A DNA stretch of 64,000 nucleotides from an uncultured Gemmatimonadales bacterium. GTDB lineage: Bacteria; Gemmatimonadota; Gemmatimonadetes; Longimicrobiales; RSA9. Position numbers and translations under genes: made by a program. This document shows, piece after piece, positions 27,578 to 35,826 of this stretch. Numbering within the stretch: the stretch's first letter is position 1; every line of letters begins with the position of its first letter. A model generated the notes under the pieces. It was not told the DNA's origin, did not search any database, and was given only the letters and a program-made list of their open reading frames with translations. The DNA lies in assembly GCA_963816355.1 (NCBI GenBank), contig CAWFKH010000004.1:352001-416000 (forward strand). Direction: 5' to 3'.

Positions 27578-28291
27578 TTACTTCGAGGACGCCGTCTCCG
27601 CGCTCCACTCCACCGGCCGCTCCCGCCACAGCGCCGGGAACTCCCGCTTCAACGCCTCCACCTTGGGGATGTCGTTGATGACGATGTAGGGCTGGTGGGG
27701 GTGGTGGATCAGGTAGTCCTGGTGGTAGCGCTCGGCCGCGAAGAAGCCGTGCAGCGGATTCACCTCGGTCACGATCGGGCGGGAGAAGGTGCCCGCCTTC
27801 GTGAGCTGCCGGATGTACGCCTTCGCGGCGCGCGCCTGCGCGTCCGTCGTGTACCAGATCGCCGAGCGGTACTGCGTGCCGTGGTCCGGACCCTGGCGGT
27901 TGAGCTGCGTCGGGTCGTGCACGACGGAGAAGAACACCTGCAGCAGATCCGCGAAGGAGACCTGCGCGGGATCGTACACGACGCGCACCGACTCCGCGTG
28001 GCCGGTCTCGCCGGTGCTCACCTCCGGGTACGTCGCCGTGGCGCCGCCGCCGCCCGCGTAACCGGCCGTCGCGCCGAGCACGCCCTCCACGTGCTCGAAG
28101 ACCGCCTGCACGCCCCAGAAGCAGCCGCCCGAGAAGACGACCGTCTCCTGACCCCCGGACGACGTCGCATCCGCCAGCGGCGCCGGCGCAGCGGCCGCCC
28201 GGCCTGCCGCGCCGCTCGCGCCGCCGAGGAACAGCGCCGCCGCCACCGCGCCCGCGAGCGCGCCGTCCACAGCCAATCGCTTCGTCGTCAT
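27578..28291 (-). CDS. msrA: Peptide-methionine (S)-S-oxide reductase with signal peptide
   Basis: GCFWG, TGHAE, RQGPD.GTQYRS, AERYHQDY. Confidence 0.96.
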   Translation of the reverse strand: MTTKRLAVDGALAGAVAAALFLGGASGAAGRAAAAPAPLADATSSGGQETVVFSGGCFWGVQAVFEHVEGVLGATAGYAGGGGATATYPEVSTGETGHAESVRVVYDPAQVSFADLLQVFFSVVHDPTQLNRQGPDHGTQYRSAIWYTTDAQARAAKAYIRQLTKAGTFSRPIVTEVNPLHGFFAAERYHQDYLIHHPHQPYIVINDIPKVEALKREFPALWRERPVEWSAETASSK

Positions 28292-28421
28292 CCGTACCGC
28301 CTCCGCTGGGGATTCCCACGGTTGGTACGGCGCCCCCTCCGCGCGTGTTCCGCCGCGCGCCCGGGGCGCGTGTTCGCCTCGCGCTCTCGCGGCCGCCGCG
28401 CGCCTACGCCCCGGCGGCCGC

Positions 28422-28982
28422 CTACGCCCCGGTGGCCGCGGGCAGCCGCGTCCACGCGTCGACGGCGATGCGCCAGACGCCGTCGTCGCCCCGCACCCAC
28501 ACGATCACGTACTTGCCGCGGAACGGATCGAGCGGCACCCCGCCACGGGCGGCCTGCCCCTCGTAATAGCCCCAGTCGTACGCCTGGTCGCCCGATACGC
28601 GGATCTCGACCGGCGTGGACACGTGCCGCAGGACGGTTCGACCCGCCGGCAGCACCCAGAGCGAGTCCAACGCGGGCCGGCCGCGAACGAAGTCGCGCTC
28701 GCCCGGCGCCGCGACCGCGCCGGGAGCGTAGATCGCCAGCAGCGCCGCCGTGTCGCCCCGCACGTATGCGTCCGAGAATCGCCGCGACTGGCGCCGGATC
28801 GCGGCCTCCGCCGACGACGCGTCCGCCGTGTCGGGCGCGGCGCCGGCCGCGGCCGACGAGGCGCCGGGAGCGTCGCCGCGCGCGCACCCGGCGGCGGCGG
28901 CCAGCACGATCGGCAGGAGGAGGCGGTGCGCCGTCCGGGGCGTCGCGCGGCGGCGCGGGCGTGAGGGTGAAGACGGTCCCAT
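28422..28982 (-). CDS. NTF2/SnoaL-like (DUF4440) lipoprotein
   Basis: AAAGC lipobox; SGDQAYDWG...GKYVIVWVR..DGVWRIAVD. Start uncertain. Confidence 0.8.
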   Translation of the reverse strand: MGPSSPSRPRRRATPRTAHRLLLPIVLAAAAGCARGDAPGASSAAAGAAPDTADASSAEAAIRRQSRRFSDAYVRGDTAALLAIYAPGAVAAPGERDFVRGRPALDSLWVLPAGRTVLRHVSTPVEIRVSGDQAYDWGYYEGQAARGGVPLDPFRGKYVIVWVRGDDGVWRIAVDAWTRLPAATGA

Positions 28983-29085
28983 GCGGAAACCTCGCGGGCT
29001 CGATCGGGAGTGAAGGCGCGCGACGGACGCGCCGACGAAAGGGTCGCACGGTAACCGGCCGCGCGCCCCCGCGCCATGCGCGCCC

Positions 29086-29448
29086 CTACTCCGACCGCAG
29101 CGCCTCGGTGGCCTCCACCGCGAGCGCGCGTCGAGCCGGGATCCACCCGGCGACGATCGCGACCGCCACGAGCGTCGCCGCCACGCCGCCGAAGACGAGC
29201 GGATCGTAGGCGGCCGTCTGGAAGAGAAACGGACGGAGCCAGTGCACGCCGAGCGCCGCGGCGGCGACCCCGATCGCGACGCCGGCCAGGGCCAGCACCG
29301 CGCCGCCCCGGATCACCATCCGCCGGATCTGGACGTCCGTGGCGCCGATCGCCCTGCGGATCCCGATCTCGCGCCGCCGCCAGGCGACCATGTACGCCAT
29401 CAGCCCGAAAACGGGGTCTTGCCACCCCGGCCGCGGCCCCAGCCTCAT
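29086..29448 (-). pseudogene. Remnant of an ABC (FtsX/MacB-like, ADOP-type) permease, C-terminus only
   Basis: GLMAYMV..RRREIGIR.A.GA...DPLVF...WIPARRA..V....ALRSE follows only about 12 N-terminal residues. The ATG overlaps the PadR stop. Confidence 0.8.
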
Positions 29449-29792
29449 CCGCGGCCCGCCTCGGGCGCCTGCGTCAGCAGATCCGTCATCAGCTCGCCGT
29501 AGCGCAGCCACCAGCTCGTCTGCTCCGCCAGTCGCGCCCGCCCCTCCGCCGTGATCCGGTAGTAGCGCGCCCGCCGATTCTCCGCCGTCATCCCCCACTC
29601 CGCCTCCACCCAGCCTCGCTTCTCCATCCGGTACAGCGCCTGGTACAGCGCCGCATCCTCCAGCGCCAGACGACGTCCCGAGCGCTCCTCCAGCCACCGC
29701 GTGACCTCGAACCCGTGCATCGCCTGCCACGTCAGCGCCTTCAGCACCAGCACGTCCAACGTCCCCTTCACCACCGACAGCGGCTCCTCCAT
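29445..29792 (-). CDS. PadR family transcriptional regulator (acidobacterial type)
   Basis: KGTLDVLVLKAL...HGF...LYQALYRME..GWVEAEWGMTAENRRARYY.IT..GR. Confidence 0.95.
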   Translation of the reverse strand: MEEPLSVVKGTLDVLVLKALTWQAMHGFEVTRWLEERSGRRLALEDAALYQALYRMEKRGWVEAEWGMTAENRRARYYRITAEGRARLAEQTSWWLRYGELMTDLLTQAPEAGRG

Positions 29793-29812
29793 GGCCTCGC
29801 TCCTCGTCATTC

Positions 29813-29829
29813 ATCTAAGACTCTTGGAT
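29813..29829. promoter_or_regulatory. Probable PadR autoregulatory operator
   Basis: AT-rich near-palindrome ATCTAAGA-C-TCTTGGAT (one mismatch) just upstream of padR. Confidence 0.6.
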
Positions 29830-30109
29830 AAGGCGAACGGTTGGAATCCGCCAGGGGGACGAGCGGAAGAGAGGCGCCGGCATGGCGCCGGCGGGGGGCG
29901 AGCGGCAAGTCTGGGCGCCGGCTCGAGCGGTCGGGGCGCCCTTGCCCGGGGCATCGAGGGACGCGCATCTTTCGGTGTCGACATCTCCCCCCCGTGGTCG
30001 CGTCCCGAGCGACGCCTCGCCGGAGCGGTTGCATGGCTTCACCCCCGAGGTGGCCGAGCCCTCCTGTCCGGCTTCCGGACCGGCCGGCCGCGCCATCGGC
30101 GGGACCGGG

Positions 30110-31885
30110 ATGAGAGGGCCGTCGTCCGCGCTCGATCGATTCCTGCACGAGGTCTATCGACGTCGCCTGCTGTCGGCCGCCGGCACCTACACGATCGTCT
30201 GCTGGTTCCTCGTCCAGGTCGCGGCGACGGCGGTGCCGCTCTTCGGGCTGCCGGAGTGGACGGTGCGCGCGGGGCTCGCGCTCACCGTGCTCGGTCTGCC
30301 GATCGTGCTGGGCGCGGCGTGGCTGGTCAACGCGCACGCGCCTGCGGCGGGAGGGGACGGACCGCTCGCGGCAGGGGGGAGCGAGGAAGGGGGCGGGGCG
30401 GCGCCGCGGGTGAGCCGCGGCTTCTTCACGGTGCTGGTCGCGCTGGTCCTGCTCGGCGCCATCGCGTGGATCTATCGCGTGAAGGTTCCGCTGTCGGGTG
30501 GCGGGGGCGCGCAGGACGCGCCGGCGTCGCCGCGCACGGTCGCGGTGCTCCCGTTCGCGACGCTGAGCGAGAGCCGCGACGACGCCTACTTCAGCGACGG
30601 CGTGACCGAGGAGATCATGAACGCGGTCGCGCAGATTCCGGGCGTGAGCGTCGTTGCACGGAGCGCGTCCTTCGCGTTCCGCGAGCGGCCGGACCTGGAC
30701 GAGATCCGGGCGCAGACGGGGGCGGGGAGCGCGCTCGAGGGCAGCGTGCGGCGCGCCGGCGACCGCGTCCGCGTGGACGTCGCGCTGGTGGACACGCGCA
30801 CGCACCGGCGGGTGTGGGCCGCGGACTACGATCGACGGCTGCGGGACATCTTCGCGCTCGAGGATGAGATCGCGCGTGCGGTCGCGAGCGCGCTCGCGGT
30901 GGAGCTGACGACGCCGGCGGCGCGCTCGATCGGGACGCAGAACGTGCCGGCGCACGACCTCTACCTGCTCGGCCTCTACCACTGGAACCGGCGTACCGGG
31001 CCGGAGATCCGGCAGGCCGTCGACTATTTCGAGCGGGCGGTCGAGGCCGATTCGTCCTTCGCGCTCGCCTACGCCGGTCTCGCCGCCGCGAACGTGCTGC
31101 TGCCGCTGTACGCGGACGTGCCGGGCGACGACGCCTATCCGCGCGCCCGCGACGCCGCCGAAAGGGCGCTCGCGCTGGACGACCGGCTCGCCGAGGCGCA
31201 CACGGCGCTCGCCAACGTGCTCATGATCTACCGCTGGGACTGGGAAGCCGCGGACGCGGAGTTCCGCCGCGCCATCGCGCTCGACTCGACCTACGCCACG
31301 GCGCACGAGTGGCGGGGTCTGTTGCTGGACGGGATCGGACGCCACGAGGAGGCGGCGGCGGAGTTCCGGCGCGCGCGCGCCGCCGACCCGGCGTCGCTGA
31401 TCATCGTGGTCGCGGGCGGTCTGCACGAGGCGATCGTCGCCCGCCAGGACTCGGCTGCGGCGGCCTACCGGCGGGCGCTCGATCGGCAGCCGGATTTCCC
31501 CGTCGCGCTCTCGCTTCTCGCGGAATCCGAAGCGATCACGGGCAACGTGGACGCCGCGCGCGCCGCGCTCGAGCGGTGGGCCGCGCTGCGGCGCGTGGAT
31601 CCGGCGGTGGCGGTGGCGCTGGCGGCCGGGATCGGCGACCCGGCCGCGCTGGCGGCGGGGCGGAAGGCGCTCGCGAGCGCCGCGCTGCGCAGCCGCATGA
31701 AGCCGTTCGACATCGCGGTATGGGCGTCGCTGCTGGGCGACACGGCGGGCGCGCTGTCCGCGCTCGAGCGCGGCGCCGTCGAACACGACTACCTCTCCTT
31801 CAGCGCCGCCGTGCACCCCGCGTTCCAGGCGCTGCGCGGCTCGCCCCGCTACCGGGCGCTGCTCGCCCGCATGCACCTGCACTGA
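30110..31885 (+). CDS. Membrane protein with TolB-like domain and TPR repeats
   Basis: Three N-terminal TM segments; TVAVLPF...YFSDGVTEEI...LEGSVRR; TPRs. Confidence 0.87.
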   Translation: MRGPSSALDRFLHEVYRRRLLSAAGTYTIVCWFLVQVAATAVPLFGLPEWTVRAGLALTVLGLPIVLGAAWLVNAHAPAAGGDGPLAAGGSEEGGGAAPRVSRGFFTVLVALVLLGAIAWIYRVKVPLSGGGGAQDAPASPRTVAVLPFATLSESRDDAYFSDGVTEEIMNAVAQIPGVSVVARSASFAFRERPDLDEIRAQTGAGSALEGSVRRAGDRVRVDVALVDTRTHRRVWAADYDRRLRDIFALEDEIARAVASALAVELTTPAARSIGTQNVPAHDLYLLGLYHWNRRTGPEIRQAVDYFERAVEADSSFALAYAGLAAANVLLPLYADVPGDDAYPRARDAAERALALDDRLAEAHTALANVLMIYRWDWEAADAEFRRAIALDSTYATAHEWRGLLLDGIGRHEEAAAEFRRARAADPASLIIVVAGGLHEAIVARQDSAAAAYRRALDRQPDFPVALSLLAESEAITGNVDAARAALERWAALRRVDPAVAVALAAGIGDPAALAAGRKALASAALRSRMKPFDIAVWASLLGDTAGALSALERGAVEHDYLSFSAAVHPAFQALRGSPRYRALLARMHLH

Positions 31886-31930
31886 TCCGGAGCGGCGTTC
31901 TCGCGACGGCGGCTGCCCCGGGCGCGGGCG

Positions 31931-33604
31931 CTACGGATCCACGTGGAGGACGGTCATCATGCCGGATCCGAGGTGCTCGGCGATGTGGCAGTGCAGCATC
32001 CAGGCGCCGGGGTTGGACGCGTCGATCAGCAGGTCGACGGTCGAGCCGACCGGGATGATCGCGGTGTCCTTCCACACCAGGTTGGCCGTGGGCACGCCGT
32101 CGCGCGAGATGACGAGCATGCGCTGGCCGTGCAGGTGGATGGGGTGCTGCATCGGGTGGAAGGAGTGCGGGTCGTTGTAGAGCTGCAGCTTGACGACCGA
32201 GCCTCGCTTGACGTGCCAGTCGATGTCCATGTTCTCGGCGCCGGTCTCGTCGCGCAGGATCCAGCGCACCTGTTTGCTCGTCGACAGCCAGTTCATCAGC
32301 GGCATGCCGTCGACCCACTCCACCGGCGCGTAGTAGGCGGTGTCGACGCTCATGAACTGCACCGACGCCAGCGGCAGTCCGCTCGTCGCGACGGTGAGCG
32401 TGATCCGCTTGTCCGGCGGCCGCTCGAAGTACTTCCGGTAGCGGTCGATCTCGCGGCGGACGGCGTCGTTCGCGCGCAACGCCCGGAACTGGCGTGCGTA
32501 GTCCGGCGACGCCGCGGTGTCCGCCACCGTGACGACGCCGAGCGTGTCGACGCGCGCCTCGAACTCGCCGCGGTAGTGGTCGACCGCCTGCACCGCGTTG
32601 ACGAGGGGAACCGTGCCGGCGCGGTCGAAGCGGACCTCGACGACGTAGCGCTCCGCCGGCGCGAGCACGACGCTGCCGACGCGCTCCTCGCGCTCGAAGC
32701 GGCTGACGTCGGAGGCGACGACCTTCATCGGCGCACCGCCGAAGGCGACGTTGTAGGTGCGGGAGCTGGACACGTTGGTCAGGTAGAAGCGCACCACTTC
32801 GCCCTTCTTCACCCGCATGGACCAGTCCGGCTCGCCGTTGACGAGCAGCACGTTGCCGACGCGGCCCATCAGCGCGAAGTCGGGGCCCTCCTTGCCGAAC
32901 GGGATCAGCGTGTCGCCGTTCATCAGCAGGTCGCTCAGCACCAGCGCCTGCTCGCGGTTGGCCGGCGAGTAGTAGTCCGGGTCGGGCGCGTCGACCAGCA
33001 TGTTGCCGGCCAGCCCCATCGCCTGCTCGATGTCCTCACGCACGTGCGGGTGGTACCAGTAGATGCCGGCGTCCGGAAAGTGGACGCGGTAGACGTAGTC
33101 GCCGCCCGGCGGGACCGGGTCCTGCGTCAGGCCAGGCACGCCGTCGCTGCGGTTGTCCAGCCGCACGCCGTGCCAGTGCACCGTGCTCGGCAGGTCGATC
33201 CGGTTGTGGAAGCGGACGACGATCGTCGCGTTCTGCGGTACCCGGATCATCGGCCCCGGCACCTGGCCGTTGAAGCCGTACATCGCGAACGCGTGACCGC
33301 GGATCGTGCGCCGCACCAGCGTCGCCGAGAGGTCGAGCGTGTCGCCGTCGGCGAGCGCGACGATCCGCGACGGCCGCGCCGCCGGCAGCGTCGCCGGATC
33401 GACGCCGCCGCCCGGCAGGAACGGCGTGATCGGCGGGTCGATCCCCATCAGGCCGGGGAGCATCGGCATGTTCGCGGGCATCGGGATCGGCATCGGCCGC
33501 CCGTGCTTCATGCCCGGCATCCCCTGCCCCGCCGCGCCGCCCGCGAGCGCGGAGACGGCCAGCAGCGCGCGCAGGAGCGCGGCCGGGACCCGCCCGCTGG
33601 ACAT
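31931..33604 (-). CDS. Multicopper oxidase (three-domain, Met-rich N-terminus)
   Basis: HWHG, WYHPH, HPIHLHG and HCHIAEHLGSGM copper motifs. Confidence 0.96.
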   Translation of the reverse strand: MSSGRVPAALLRALLAVSALAGGAAGQGMPGMKHGRPMPIPMPANMPMLPGLMGIDPPITPFLPGGGVDPATLPAARPSRIVALADGDTLDLSATLVRRTIRGHAFAMYGFNGQVPGPMIRVPQNATIVVRFHNRIDLPSTVHWHGVRLDNRSDGVPGLTQDPVPPGGDYVYRVHFPDAGIYWYHPHVREDIEQAMGLAGNMLVDAPDPDYYSPANREQALVLSDLLMNGDTLIPFGKEGPDFALMGRVGNVLLVNGEPDWSMRVKKGEVVRFYLTNVSSSRTYNVAFGGAPMKVVASDVSRFEREERVGSVVLAPAERYVVEVRFDRAGTVPLVNAVQAVDHYRGEFEARVDTLGVVTVADTAASPDYARQFRALRANDAVRREIDRYRKYFERPPDKRITLTVATSGLPLASVQFMSVDTAYYAPVEWVDGMPLMNWLSTSKQVRWILRDETGAENMDIDWHVKRGSVVKLQLYNDPHSFHPMQHPIHLHGQRMLVISRDGVPTANLVWKDTAIIPVGSTVDLLIDASNPGAWMLHCHIAEHLGSGMMTVLHVDP

Positions 33605-34239
33605 CACCATACGCCGCGGAACATCGGATGGGAGAGGAACGACTGGAGCCACGTGCTCGGCGAGGCGCCGTGCAGGACGGTGGGGCCGGCGTGCGCCGCG
33701 GGGGTGGCCGTCGCCTCCGCCGTGATCACCAGCAGGAACTTGTTGAAGTCGACCGGGCCCACGGTGGTGGTGTCGTTCCCCACCTCCCCCAGCCGCGACC
33801 ACGTGCTCAGGTCCGGCGTCACCGCCCACGCCACGTAGGCGGCGTACGCCCCCAGCGCCGACGGCGCCGGCAGGCCCGCCGCCGTCACGCGGACGTCATA
33901 GCGCGCGCGCCCCTCGGGCGTCACGGCGACGCCGAAGGGCGACGCCGCGTAGACGAGCCGGCCGGCGCCCGTCGCGTGCGGCGCCGCGGGCGCCGCGAAG
34001 AGCGGGATGTCGTAGGGCCCGATGCGCCCCGCCACGGTCTGCGCGGCGGCGGGAGGGGCGGGCGCGGCCTGGGCGCGCGCCGGCGCGGCCCCCCAGGCGA
34101 AGGCCAGCGCGGCGAGCGCGGCGGCCGGCGCGCCGCTCCGCGCGAGGCGGGCAGGTAGCCGGCGGCCGCGGCGGCCGGCGCCGCCGGCGCGGCGCGCCCG
34201 CGGACGCCGGAACGTGGCGGCGTCGACCTCGCCGTTCAT
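33604..34239 (-). CDS. Hypothetical secreted protein coupled to the multicopper oxidase
   Basis: ATG overlaps the upstream stop and its TGA overlaps the oxidase ATG; signal ending ARA-Q; YVAWAVTPDL...FNKFLLVITAE. Confidence 0.72.
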   Translation of the reverse strand: MNGEVDAATFRRPRARRAGGAGRRGRRLPARLARSGAPAAALAALAFAWGAAPARAQAAPAPPAAAQTVAGRIGPYDIPLFAAPAAPHATGAGRLVYAASPFGVAVTPEGRARYDVRVTAAGLPAPSALGAYAAYVAWAVTPDLSTWSRLGEVGNDTTTVGPVDFNKFLLVITAEATATPAAHAGPTVLHGASPSTWLQSFLSHPMFRGVW

Positions 34240-35633
34240 CGGCTGTCGTTTGCGTCGTCGGAAGTGGCGGCGTGGCGCGGCGCCCCCTCGGGGCCGTGGT
34301 CGAAGTCCTGAACGCTCGAGATGTTGGGCATGCCGAAGTCGTGGCCGTTCCAGCCCTTGAAGCCGTCGAGCCGGAAGAGCCACAGGCCGCTGCGCATGTC
34401 GGAGAGCACGATGAGGCCGTCGGAGTTGCGCACGTCGACGCCAAAAGCGCCCTGCTCGACGCTGTTGGTGCTCTCGTAGCCCTGCTCGGGCCGACCGCCG
34501 AAGCCGTGCTCGTGGACGCACGCGCAGGTGAAGTAGCCGCCGACCGTCTTCGGGTTCTTCGGGTCCTTCATGTCGAAGATCTGGAGCCCGTCCTCGTAGG
34601 CGGACACGAAGACGTACGGCCAGCGGACCTCGTGATTGTGGGAGAGGTCGCGCCAGTCGGCGGTCCAGCCGCCGATCGGCAGGTCGATGTTCTGGACCTT
34701 GCCCTCCTGCCCCGGCGTGAGGTCCCAGATGCGCAGCGGCGTGTACTGGTACTCCGTCTCCGTGACGGCGTACTTGCCGTCCGGCGAGGGCGTGAAGGTG
34801 TGGGCGATGTCGAGGCCGAGACCGGTGATCGTGAACACCCGCGTCGGCGCCTCCGGGTGCGTCACGTTCCAAACCGAGTAGCCGCCGAGCCCCGCGCCGT
34901 AGAACTTGTCCTGGTGCGTCGCCGGGTCGTACGCCACGTAGAAGTCGTGGTAGCTGCCGGTGCCGAGCTGGCTCGACGGCGTCGGGTTCGGCACCTCGCC
35001 GACCAGCCACGTGCTCGGGTCCGCGCCGGAGACGACGCGGTTCATGTCGTAGACGAGCGCGACCGGGTCGCGCACCGTCGCGAAGAGAAGCACCCGCCCG
35101 TCCGAGTGCTTGTAGGCGAAGATGTTGTGGAAGCCGCCCGGCGCCTTCGGATAGCGCAGCCGCGCCACGACCTTCACCTTCGCGGGATCCGGCAATCCGG
35201 TCACGTCGAAGATCACCGCCCCCAGGTCCTCGTCCGGGCTCCCCTGCGTGAACTGGTACGACTGCGCGTAGTAGTAGCGGTCGCCGATCTTGAAGTACTT
35301 CCCGTCCATCGCGCCGATGCCGCGGTGCAGCTCCGGGTTCTCGATCGTCCAGTCGACCACCTTCTTCGGATGCGCGAGGTCGCGGATGTCGTAGATCTGG
35401 GCGTCGAAGTTGACGAAGCCGGAGATGTAGACGTAGGGCCGCCCCGGATCCTGCTCGATCTCGATGTCGGCCGCCTTCCAGGCGCCGGGGTGCGTCACCA
35501 CGTGGGCGACCTCGTGGACCTTCGGGGTGCCGCCCTTCTTCTGGTCGAACGGCCGGACCGCTGTGCCCGGATCCTGCGCCTGCGCCGCCGTGGCCAGGCC
35601 GAACACCGCCAGCATGACGAAGTACCCGCGCAT
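34236..35633 (-). CDS. Secreted LVIVD-repeat beta-propeller protein
   Basis: Signal peptide; repeats IYDIRDLAHP, IFDVTGLPDP, VWNVTHPEAP, IFDMKDPKNP; HN/HD/HT motifs. Confidence 0.85.
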   Translation of the reverse strand: MRGYFVMLAVFGLATAAQAQDPGTAVRPFDQKKGGTPKVHEVAHVVTHPGAWKAADIEIEQDPGRPYVYISGFVNFDAQIYDIRDLAHPKKVVDWTIENPELHRGIGAMDGKYFKIGDRYYYAQSYQFTQGSPDEDLGAVIFDVTGLPDPAKVKVVARLRYPKAPGGFHNIFAYKHSDGRVLLFATVRDPVALVYDMNRVVSGADPSTWLVGEVPNPTPSSQLGTGSYHDFYVAYDPATHQDKFYGAGLGGYSVWNVTHPEAPTRVFTITGLGLDIAHTFTPSPDGKYAVTETEYQYTPLRIWDLTPGQEGKVQNIDLPIGGWTADWRDLSHNHEVRWPYVFVSAYEDGLQIFDMKDPKNPKTVGGYFTCACVHEHGFGGRPEQGYESTNSVEQGAFGVDVRNSDGLIVLSDMRSGLWLFRLDGFKGWNGHDFGMPNISSVQDFDHGPEGAPRHAATSDDANDSR

Positions 35634-35826
35634 CGAGAATCCTCCGGTGATTGGGGAGGCGCAAAGTAGGGGGTAGGCCGAGCGACGGGCAACGGTGGCG
35701 TTCCGATACGCGACGGTGACCGACCGATCACGAAACCGCAGTCGTCCACCGTCTACGATTACGCGCGTGGCCGGCCACGGCTCCCCCCGCGGCCAGGCAG
35801 GAGGCTCTCCAGCCGGGGTTCACCGC

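Noticed and set aside
33604..35664. 686-aa ORF as a single gene
   Set aside because: The first ~475 codons are an alternative frame over the LVIVD gene. Only 33604-34239 is credible.
35700..35770. Pho box upstream of the TonB receptor
   Set aside because: Only a vague 11-bp periodicity; no convincing GTCA(T/C) direct repeats.
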